Shown here in pieces: positions 52,622 through 62,555 of a DNA stretch of 64,000 nt (position 1 is its first letter; the number at the start of each line of letters is the position of its first letter). Origin of the DNA: Chiloscyllium plagiosum (lineage: Eukaryota); NCBI RefSeq assembly GCF_004010195.1, contig NC_057718.1:48024507-48088506 (forward strand), written 5' to 3'. The notes beneath the pieces were generated by a model. It was not told the DNA's origin. It made no database searches and saw only the letters and a list, made by a program, of their open reading frames with translations. Made by a program: the position numbers and the translations under genes.

Positions 52622-52748
52622 CCCACCTTTCACTGCATATAATCAGAAGGACTTAGCAGAAAAAATAAGAGAGGGCAAGTTCAGACGAATTCCTTATCGC
52701 TATTCTGATGAACTAAATGATCTGCTTGGCAAGATGTTAAACCTTAAG
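52622..52748 (+). CDS. NEK2: NEK2 coding exon 5 (127 nt)
   Basis: PPFTAYNQKDLAEKIREGKFRRIPYRYSDELNDLLGKMLNLK. AAG-type acceptor (ttttaaag), donor AAG|GTCAGT; frame consistent with both neighbours. Confidence 0.94.
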
Positions 52749-52924
52749 GTCAGTATCAGGTTTTTGTTTTGTCAGATGTAAATTTTTTTTTACTCTTTTA
52801 AATGTCTTAATTCCTTTTCCATCTTCTGTTATTCACTCTCCTGTATTGCCCACAAAACCATCCCTGCATCAAGAAAAAATGTGAAGCCTAAATTATATGT
52901 TAGTTGTAGAAGATTGCTAGCTAT

Positions 52925-53860
52925 ATAGAAGCTAGGAGTAGGAGGAGGCCATTTGGCCCTTCAAGCCTGCTCTGCCATTCATCATGATCATGACTGATTG
53001 TAGAACTTAGTAGCCTAATCCTGCTTTCTCCCCATAACCTTTGATCCCATTTGCCCCAAGTGCTATATCTAGCTGTGTCTTGAATACAGTCAATGTTTTG
53101 GAATCAACTACTTCCTGTGGAAATGAATTTCAGAGTCTCACCACTCTTTGGGTGAAGAAGTGTCTCCTCATCTCCATTCTAAATTTTCAGTCTGTGACCC
53201 CTGGTTCTGGACGCACCCACTATTGGGAACATCCTCCCTGCAAGTACCCTGTCTCGTCCTGTTAGAATTTTATAAGTCTCTATGACATTCCCCCTCACTC
53301 ATCTGAACTCTAGTGAAAACAATCCTAACCTAGTCAATCTCTCCTCATACATCAATCCTGCCATGTTCGGAATCAGCCTGGTAAACCTTCGCTGCACTCC
53401 CTTGAAAGCAAGAGCATCCTTCCTCAGAAAAGGAGACCAAAACTGTACATAATATTCTCGGATAGAAATTATGGTGAATCCTTGATACGTTCTGGTTAGG
53501 TTGGAGCCACAGATTCTCCTTGGAGCAAAGGAGTTTGGGAATAGATTTGATACCAGTGGACAAGATTCTGATGGGTTTTAAATAAGGTGGATAGAGACAA
53601 ACAATTCCCATTAGCTGATAATATAAAGATTAGAAAACACAGATACAAGGTTTTTTGCAAAGATGCAAGAGAATGTAAGGAAGAATTATTTTTATGCAAT
53701 GAGTGGGAATGTAATCTATAAATTGAAAGCAAAATTGGATGGGCACTTGAAGGAAAAAGAATATGTGAATAGAACCAGGCAATGGGTTGATTTGATTGCT
53801 CCATTGAGGGCAAGCATAGACTCAGTGGACTGAATTAACTTCTTTTGTGCCATAATGGCT
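52925..53860. mobile_element. Two CR1-like 3' fragments (minus 52925-53460, plus 53460-53860)
   Basis: ggagtaggaggaggccatttggcccttcaagcctgctctgccattc tail and degenerate RT C-terminal sequence. Confidence 0.65.
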
Positions 53861-54687
53861 CCGTGAGTGCTTAGTAAAATCACTCTTTGTATTTATCCCA
53901 ATATTGGATCTAATATTTTGCTTCCTAGTTGTTACAAGAAATTTTTGTGACTGTGTTAATACCAGTTGATTAATTGATAGGACCATCAGCTGTATATTTT
54001 CAGAAATGTGCTGATTATTCACTTTGATATTCTGTTTTAGTATGACCAGTCACTCTTTCAAGTCACTCCTTTCAGTTGTGAATGCATTTTATATTGTCCA
54101 ATATCTATTAAACAATAGTGTGAATTGAAGATGCTAACACAGAATATTTGTTCCCTTTTTTTGGCTTCATTTGTTAGTAACTGTAAGCGCATGATGGCAT
54201 CGGCAATTCATACTACTATTTTAACTGATGTTGGGCAAGAAAAGCTGTACAATCAGTAGCAAGGGAGATGGAGTTGCATTTGACTGGTGACATGTAATCA
54301 CATAATTTGAAGCTGCTATGTATGCAGTGCATAACTTGCAAATTTGAAACAGATGGTCATGTTACTGATAGCTTGATAACATTACAGTAGTGAAAACATC
54401 TACTTAATAGAAAATAATGTAATGGTTTTGCAGCAAGACAAATTTTCTTTTGTCTATCTCTAGCCTCACTGTGGGTATTTAGAGTCAACTATATAGCAGG
54501 GGGTTGGAATTGCCAAATAGTTTCTTCACTGAATATGATTTTTTTTTGTTTAAACAAAAAATCAGTTTTCATATTTGTCATCATTTGGTGCTAGTCAGTA
54601 AATTACCAGACCTGTCAATTCCATTCCTGATTTAAACTGGTTGAATTTGAACTCTTGAGTTGCTAATATAGTGAACTGGTCATAATC

Positions 54688-54960
54688 CTAGAATCCCAAC
54701 AGTGTGGAAGAAGGCCATCCAGCTCATCAAGTCCACTGACCCTCCAAAGAGCATCCCATCCAGACCCACCCCCTACCCTTTCTCTGTAACCCTGCATTTT
54801 CTATGGTCAATCCACCTAACCTGCACATCCTTAGACTGTGAGAGGAAACCCTTACAGACACTGGGAGAATATACAAAAGCCATAGACAATCGCCCGAGGG
54901 TGGAATTGAAACCAGGGCCTTGGCACTGTAAGGCAGCAGTGCTAACCAGCATGCTACCCA
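54688..54960 (-). mobile_element. HE1-type SINE
   Basis: Reverse complement gggtagcatgctggttagcactgctgccttacagtgccaaggccctggtttcaattcc. Confidence 0.8.
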
Positions 54961-55297
54961 ATATTGAGGGATCTTGAGTTCTGAACTAAACAAAAGTCAA
55001 GTGACATTGATGCATTTCTCGGTTTTATTCAAGAAAGAAAGCTTAATTAGATAAACCAATTTTTAAGGAATATGATGAATGCTATTTATAAAATGGAACT
55101 CTGCATTGTTCCTATTGACTTGTGCCTTTATTGGTTTCTACTCATTCTTGGGCCACCTAATATGTGAACAATTGATGATGTACAGAGATCTAAGTGAAGT
55201 GAAATTCTTTCTGGGGAGAGGGAGCAGGGGAAGACACACACAATCATTGCTCATTTTTACGTAATTGATATATAGTGTATTATTTTAAAATGATTAG

Positions 55298-55520
55298 GAT
55301 TATCTAAGGCCTTCTGTGGATGAGCTAATGCAGCATACCTTAATTGCTGATTTGGTGGCTGAAGAGCAACGAAAAATGTCAGCTGAAAGAAGAGGGAGAA
55401 GATCTTTGGAGAATGAACATCTCCAGGACCGTGACCCAATGATGACTGAGCTGAAACTTAAAGAAGAACAGCTTCAGAACAGGGAGAAGGCCTTAAAAAA
55501 GAGAGAAGAGTTCCTTGAAC
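55298..55520 (+). CDS. NEK2: NEK2 coding exon 6 (223 nt)
   Basis: DYLRPSVDELMQHTLIADLVAEEQR...ELKLKEEQLQNREKALKKREEFLE covers the end of the kinase domain and the leucine zipper. Acceptor attag, donor C|GTAATT. Confidence 0.94.
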
Positions 55521-55872
55521 GTAATTATGTTTGCTTGATTTATTTTAGTTATGGTATATTGAAATGGAATTAAAGTCTATGTTCATATTGCATCTTAGAT
55601 AGGTTTGGGATCTGGCTCTTAGCATTATTGAATCCACAGCAAAATAAAGCAAGTTTATCTTAGGTTTTATTTCTTTTGGTTTTCTTCCTCTATTTGATGA
55701 TATGGGGTTGTGAAATAGCCAACAGTTGGTTGAAAGTGCACTTTCATATAAATGACTTACTCGGGTTGGTTATAAGAAAATGGTTTTATGATGTTTCTTT
55801 TATTGGAGGTAAGATGTGAATAAAGACGCTTCACTTTCAAACAATTCCATGTTTTATACATACTTTTTCCTA

Positions 55873-56295
55873 GCAAGGTTTGAGAAGATTTGTAGCTTAG
55901 GTTGAGGTTCTGGATGTAGGTTTGCTCGCTGAGCTAGAAGGTTCATTTCCAGATGTTTCGTTACCCTACTAGGTAACATCTTTAGTGGGCCTCAGGCGAA
56001 ACACTGCTGATAAATCCTGCTTTCTATTTATATGTTTGGGTTTCTTTGGGTTGGTGAAGTCATTGCCTGTGGTGAATTCACTTCTGGTTCTTTTGCTCAC
56101 CCCCTGAGAAAAAGAACTGGAAGTGATTTCACCACAGGAAATGACATCACCAGTCCAAAGAAACCCAAACATATAAATAGAAAGCAGGACTTATAAGCAC
56201 TGCTTCACCTGAGGCCCACTGAAGATGTTGCCATGTAGGGTGATGAAACGTCTGGAAATGAACCTTCCAGCTCAGCGAACAAACGTACATCCAGA
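55873..56295. mobile_element. Palindromic family B (Penelope pLTR) element
   Basis: ~55910-56090 is the reverse complement of ~56110-56294; hammerhead cores at ~55945-55990 (degenerate) and 56219. Confidence 0.8.
56216..56255 (+). ncRNA. Minimal hammerhead ribozyme motif (family B), sense in NEK2 intron 6
   Basis: CCA-CTGAAGA-T-GTTGCC(ATGTAG)GGTGAT-GAAA-C-GTC-TGG; stem I CCA/TGG. Confidence 0.7.
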
Positions 56296-56666
56296 TACAT
56301 TTTCCTATTACCTCAGCAGCAGCAGGTTCAAACTGATCAAGTTCTGCCTATTGTGATTATATAATGTGTTTTTTCTGTCATAAGATCTGAGTTCCATTCA
56401 GTTGTGTGATTGGAAGAGGAAGCATTGGTGCAATTGTCATTCGTGAGCATTACTTTCACAGTAATTGTCATTTATAGACTCAAGACCTTTGAACTTGCCT
56501 TCATGTTGGATCTCTGCAGAACTTCATGGGCAACAGCTTTTCACAATCTTTTCACAGTTAACTATTTTGTATACAAAAAGTAGATTTTAGATGTGTTAAA
56601 TAGTAAAATGTGTGTGGAAATTGTACTTGGTACTGTTACCAATGCTTTTTACTTATTTTTCTTCAG

Positions 56667-56721
56667 AACGTGAGCAAGAGCTTTGCATTCGAGAGAGACT
56701 GGCAGAAGAAAAGTTTTCTAG
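56667..56721 (+). CDS. NEK2: NEK2 coding exon 7 (55 nt)
   Basis: QREQELCIRERLAEEKFSR (human, recalled: QKEQELCVRERLAEDKLAR). Strong polypyrimidine/cag acceptor, donor AG|GTAAC. Confidence 0.92.
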
Positions 56722-56755
56722 GTAACATCCAACTTAGTGTTTGCCTTTGAATGGA

Positions 56756-56978
56756 TGATTTGGAGATGCCGGTGTTGGACTGGGGTGTACAAAGTTAAAA
56801 ATCACACAACACCAGGTTATAGTCCAACAGGTTTAATTGGAAGCACACTAGCTTTCGGAGCGACGCTCCTTCATCAGGTGATTGACAATCACCTGATGAA
56901 GAAGCGTTGCTCCGAAAGCTAGTGTGCTTCCAATTAAACCTGTTGGACGATAACCTGGTGTTGTGTGATTTTTAACCT
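56756..56978. mobile_element. Palindromic family C element with a 10-bp TSD
   Basis: Arms 56795-56884 and 56886-56976 are reverse complements. TSD TTTGAATGGA at 56746-56755 and 56979-56988. Confidence 0.85.
56845..56924. ncRNA. Back-to-back hammerhead motifs (family C) on both strands
   Basis: Minus strand: CAC-CTGATGA-A-GGAGC(GTC)GCTCC-GAAA-G-CTA-GTG, perfectly paired. Plus strand (56890-56924): same motif with one stem II mismatch. Confidence 0.78.
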
Positions 56979-59332
56979 TTTGAATGGAGGAGTTGAGGCA
57001 GCGACTTGTACAATAAAATTTAATTTCAATTCTGTCTATCCAACATGAAAAACCACCCTTGAAAAACTTGAAGTGCTTTTATCTTCCTGGAATTACACTA
57101 ACAACTACAGAGGGCGGGGGAATTTCATTTCCGTTGAGATAATCAATTGTAGTATAGTCAGTAAATTTCCATGTTTAAAATAAATTTTCTCAGGTGCATT
57201 ACTTCAATACACAGGTATGGTGGGCAAAACTGTCCTGAAAATTTCAAATTGCCCTAGGCAATGCACCGTCACTGGATGACAACTAATGGGGGAAAATGTC
57301 GTCTCTGTGAGTAGAAGGAAACCTGACAAGCTGCTCCTAAAATCACAGGCATGTTCTCTCCTGCACTTGCTGTTTAATACTTTGTTGCAAGTTTATCCAA
57401 AACAAACACTGGAGTGAAGCATCCTGTGAATACCCCCATGGGGATAACTTATTAGTATTATTGCTAAACAATTCAGGATCTGGATAATGTTCTGGGGATT
57501 TGGGTTTGAATCCCACCATGGTAACTGGTGGAATTTGAATTTGAATTAATCTGGATTTAAAAATCTAACGATGACCATGAAACTGTTAGCTAATTGTCAG
57601 GAAAAACCTATCTGGTTCACTGTCTCACCAGACCTTACCTGGTCTGGCCTACTTCCAGACTCAGTAATATAGTTGACTCTCAACTGTCCTCTGGTCAGTT
57701 AGGAATGGGGCAATGAATGCTGGCTTAGCCAGCAACAACCACATCCACTGAATGAATTAAAAAAATGAATGGTGGGGTAGCAAGCAGTTGTGTAAGTGAC
57801 AGAGTGGCCAGGAAGGTGACATGTCTTTTGTCTCGGGTTGGGATAGACACTGGCGGTTCACTGGGACTTGTATTGAGTTTTTTTGTTAAGTCATGGATAA
57901 AATGGGGAGGAGCGATGACAGCTGAAGGGTGTGTAGAGCAAGAAGGGAGTTGCAGTATTGTGGGGGGAGAAGGAGACTACATATGAGGGAGAACTGATTT
58001 TAAACTTGTCACAACAGCTAACTGGGATCCAAAACATTCACTGAAGTAATTAATTCCTTGCAAATAAATGTGTAATTTCCTGATTATGGTTGTGTACGTT
58101 TAGTAGCTACAATACTTGGAAAACATGTAATGGACCCAATTGTAACTAACAGGGTATTAATTACAACATTTAAATATGTGAGATTGAAATGTGAGGGGCA
58201 GTTTAAAAAAAATGTAATAACTGCCTGGTTAAAATGTTCCAGCTTTATGAATATATTCAGAATACATTAGCTTTAACCTCACTAAGCTATGGAAGGTGTT
58301 TTTGAGGTGATGCATTTTGTTTTACAAGTGTGTCAGTAATAATTTGAAAATCAACTTTTTTGCTGACTTCGACCTGTTATCTTTACCAATTTAACTACTG
58401 TAGTATCTGGGGAATTAATGTTTTCATTGTATGTTGTGACAATTTAATGGAGAGTTGATTAATTTTGGGGATATTGATGAATCCTTTTAACTGAGTGCAA
58501 ATGCCCCATATGTCAACATAAATACAGAAAGTATTGTTACTAAAAGACTACATTACCTAATAAGTGAATTAATAAGAATTAAATAGTAGTTACAATATCC
58601 ATGAAATGACCTCAAAATAAAAAAGAAACCCCCAAGAAACTGTTGTCATGACTGAAATTTAATGCATGTGGATCAAGATGGTGATCTATAGATATCGTGA
58701 TACTTTATATTTAACCTCTCAAGGGTTCTAATTATGGAGTGCTTATGCTATTGAAATTTGCTATCTGAAATTTCACCAATCACCTTAAACCCATGTCCTT
58801 CTATTCTCATTCTGTCTGTTAGATCTGTTTAGATCCCTCAATTTTGAATACTTCTATCAAATTTCCTCTCAACCTTCTCTTCTATAAATTATTGTGGATT
58901 AGGTCCATAATGTAGCACACTGTGCTATATATCCCAACAAAGAAACTAGAGTCTTTATTGCATTAGTTATCTTCTTCATATAGATTTGTATGTTAGAATT
59001 ATTTATATATATTTTGAAATAAAACTAAAGCTATTTATTTAAAAGAAATGAGTTTTGCATTTATGAAATAGGAAGTATTTTTTAAAAGAAATTGTGTAAT
59101 TTGGGATTGAAACTGAACTCCACACTAACAGCAATTGGTTCTCACTAATGAGTAGTGTTTCTTTTCTTCTACTACTCTTGCTTTTTCCTGAACCTTAAAA
59201 TTGCATCCTCTGTGTCATGATTGTTTTATTAAGTAATATTTCTGTTTTAAGTCTTTGAGGTTTTTTATCAAGAGTTCCTATTCATTTACTAATGCTCAAG
59301 TAAAAAATGTAATTTTTATGATCTGTGAACAG

Positions 59333-59406
59333 GGCAGAGAGCATATTAAAGAACTATACCTTGATGAAGGAAAAGCAAATACTGAAGACAGCAGTTCTTC
59401 GATTAG
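59333..59406 (+). CDS. NEK2: NEK2 coding exon 8 (74 nt)
   Basis: RAESILKNYTLMKEKQILKTAVLRL (human, recalled: RAENLLKNYSLLKERK). Acceptor aacag, donor G|GTATGT; phases fit exons 7 and 9. Confidence 0.9.
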
Positions 59407-60371
59407 GTATGTGGTATTGTGAATGGCACTTGGCATTCCCTTCTGGCTAGAATTTGATACATATGAATCTGATATTCTTATAGTTTTCAATTAAATATCT
59501 GAATTTGCAACATTTTTATCTTGGTTTTATATATTTTAAATATATATAGATCATAAGTATTTTTACTTTCCATGATCTGCTGACTAAATTTATTGACATA
59601 GGGAAGAATTGTGCGTATGCACTCGACTTGCACTGTGTCCACTGGCATGCATGTAGTTTCTCCCACCGCTGGTGTCATTGGTTTGCTTTTCTGGTTGATA
59701 TCAATACTGGTTTGTGGGAGCAGTATCTACCACTGGCCTGAGCTCCAACCACCTTCTTTCCTTGTTCTGCAGCCACTCCAGAACCTCCTACCTTCATCAA
59801 CCCTCTCCTACAGTCGCAACAGCAGACAGATACAGAAGAAACTGCTGTCTATATTGCCCCATCACATAATCCCAGCAAGCATGCAGCAGGGTTTAAATAT
59901 AGAACTGCAGTTCACATCCATTTAAATTCTCAAAATTCTTGGTAATTTCCATTAGATTACAAAGTGCTATTTTCTGGAAAATTATTGTCACATCTTGGAA
60001 TGGTTATGCCCAGATATGTCACACTCTCAAGTATTAATTACCTAATTAATTTGTTTAAGTTATAACCACGTTTATTTTAAAGGGAAGTGATTTGTTTTTT
60101 TCCTCTTGAAGAAGAGGATATTGAACTGTTTGCAATTTCCAATTGAAGATATTTTTGCAGTTTCTCAGTTGGCCTGTGTCACCTTTTTTGAAATGTCTTT
60201 GGCAGTGAGATCAAAGTTAGGGAGTGCACGAACTGCGGTTGCAGCATCATCAAACCTTTGTTGTAACTGGTGGACTTGTTCCAGGCAGTTTAAAACTGCC
60301 ACATGAATGTCTACTTCAGATTTTAAATGATTTATTTCTTCAGATTTGTTGGGTGTTCTGGTAGAAAATCA

Positions 60372-60590
60372 GTTCTCCCTGTGTCTGTATGGGTTTTCTC
60401 CGGGTGCTCCGGTTTCCTCCCACAGTCCAAAGATGTGCAGGTTAGGTGAATTGGCCGTGCTAAATTGCCCATAATGCTAGGTGCATTAGTCAGAGGGAAA
60501 TGGGTCTGGGTGGGTTAATCTTTGGAGGGTGGGTGTGGACTGGATGGGAAAGGGTTGTTTCCCCACTGTAGGGAATCTAATCTAACATAA
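60372..60590 (+). mobile_element. HE1-type SINE, 5' truncated
   Basis: ttctccctgtgtctgtatgggttttctccgggtgctccggtttcctcccacagtccaaagatgtgcagg...aatctaatcta. Confidence 0.85.
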
Positions 60591-61857
60591 TCTAAAATTG
60601 TTGAACAAATTAAAAAAGGCAGCATATGAGAAATCTCAGTTGATAAATAATGGAACTCTATAGCTTCAAGGTTATAGTTTTGAGCATGGGTTAAGCAATA
60701 GATTTTTTTAAATGTTTCATGAAATAAAAACATTTTTAATTTTACCAACTCGTTAAGAGATCACAACTTAAATGTGTTGCAGTCTTGATCTGGATTTTTA
60801 GCAAATTTTAAGACAATTTTCTTTTAAATGGCTTTTTTACTTAGTTATCTATTTTTAAATTTAATTCCGCTTCACTCTTGCTTCTTGCAATGATGTCACA
60901 TTATTTCTTATTTTATCTTTAAAGTTTTTGGGAACCAATTACCTAATCCATAAAGGATGGCTGTTACTATGATGTCACTGACCCATTTACATATGAGAAG
61001 TTCTCCCCCTAACGTTGCAGCATCAATGAATGCAGTTAACCGAATCAAATAAACCTTCTGTTTGACCCATCGTAATCCATATTTTTGTTTGTACTTTTGC
61101 TGATTATGCTGCTATGATTTTAATATTTTTTTAAAAGCAGAAACATGATTTATGTTCATGGGTTGCTTGATAGTGTGAATGAAAATAAACAGTAAGCTTT
61201 GATGAGAAACTGATCATATTGCTTGTGTAAGGAGCAATATGTGTTGAAATCAAAATTAACTTCACAAGTAACACATTTTAAGATTGCTCAGGTAATTTGC
61301 TCACAGGTGGAATAAACTTTTTTTAATATTACAAGGAAATTAATTACAACACACTTGTAGACATCTTTATTACAGATATAGGCATGTGATTAGGTCCTCA
61401 GAAGTGAGGATTACATCTTGAAAGTGAACTTTTGGAGTAGATTCCAATTTACTGCATTACTTGCCCAAACAAGATTTTTACCCAAATTTTAAGCAACGCT
61501 GCCTGGCTGAAAGTGGTCAGATGAGCAGGCACCTTGGGATGGGAGCAGGATACTGTTTTCAATATATAGATTTAGTTGAATAATGTCATCCGGACCTGAC
61601 CTGCAATTTTGATTGAATGTCTCTACAGGGGAGCTATCTGAACCATGACAGGGTGGTTGCAGTGGGATATTTTTCCATCCAGTAGCATTCTCCTTCTGTG
61701 CAAAACATTAAAATGGTTGATCCCTTTCGGGGAAAAAAAAAAGAGTTGAAACATTTGTGTTAACAAACCTCTTGTACATTGTTATTTAAAATTTGGGATT
61801 CATAATCTGTAGAATATGCATTAAACTGATTTCTTTTCAAATTTCCCATTCTGCTAG

Positions 61858-62087
61858 ATGATTATGTAGACACAGAATCCTCTCCAGGGAAGAAGAAAGT
61901 TCATTTTGCCGGAGAGAGTAAAGAAAACATTCACTTTAAGGAAAGTGATGCAACAAAGCGCCTATGTAAACCAAAAAATTTGGATCTGAAGAAAAGATTG
62001 CAAGCTGCTAATCTCCGAGCCAGAGCATTATGTGAATTGGAAAAAAATTACCAACTAAAGAGCCGACAACTTTTGGGCATGCGCTGA
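61858..62087 (+). CDS. NEK2: NEK2 terminal coding exon 9 (NEK2A-type C-terminus)
   Basis: DDYVDTESSPGKKKVHFAGESKEN...LKKRLQAANLRARALCELEKNYQLKSRQLLGMR*: PP1-binding KVHF, KEN box and APC/C MR tail. Spliced CDS is 1347 nt, 448 aa. Confidence 0.96.
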
Positions 62088-62365
62088 TTTGTCTGTAATG
62101 AACATATTTTTAAAAGAAAATATATTTGATATAATAGAAAAGCTGTGATTTATAGAATGGTAGTCTATCACAAATTTGACTGTCTCTTACTGTGTACATC
62201 AGATACTCAATTTAGTCTCAACTTTTGCTTCCACACTGAAATGGAAAGAAACATTCAAAAGAGCACCCACTTTCTCTTCACACCATGATTCACCTTGTTT
62301 TCTAACGTGCTGCTGCCCCATCGAGGTTCCCAACGCGGCAAGTCACACACCATCTTTCCTATTCC

Positions 62366-62555
62366 GAGTCAAAAAAGTGTGGCAGTGGAAAAAGCACAGC
62401 AGGTCAGGCAGCAGCTGAGGACCAAGAGAGTCGGTGTTTTGGGTATGACCCTTCAACAGTCCTGATCCTTGGAGGCTGCCTGACCTGCTGTGCTTTTTCC
62501 TGTGCCACACTTTATCAAGTGACTCTCCAGCATCTGCAGGCTTACTAAGTCCTAC
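62366..62555. mobile_element. Palindromic family A element in the presumed NEK2 3' UTR
   Basis: aaagtgtggcagtggaaaaagcacagcaggtcaggcagc / gctgcctgacctgctgtgctttttcctgtgccacacttt, flanked by ctttcctattcc and cttccctattcc. Confidence 0.75.
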
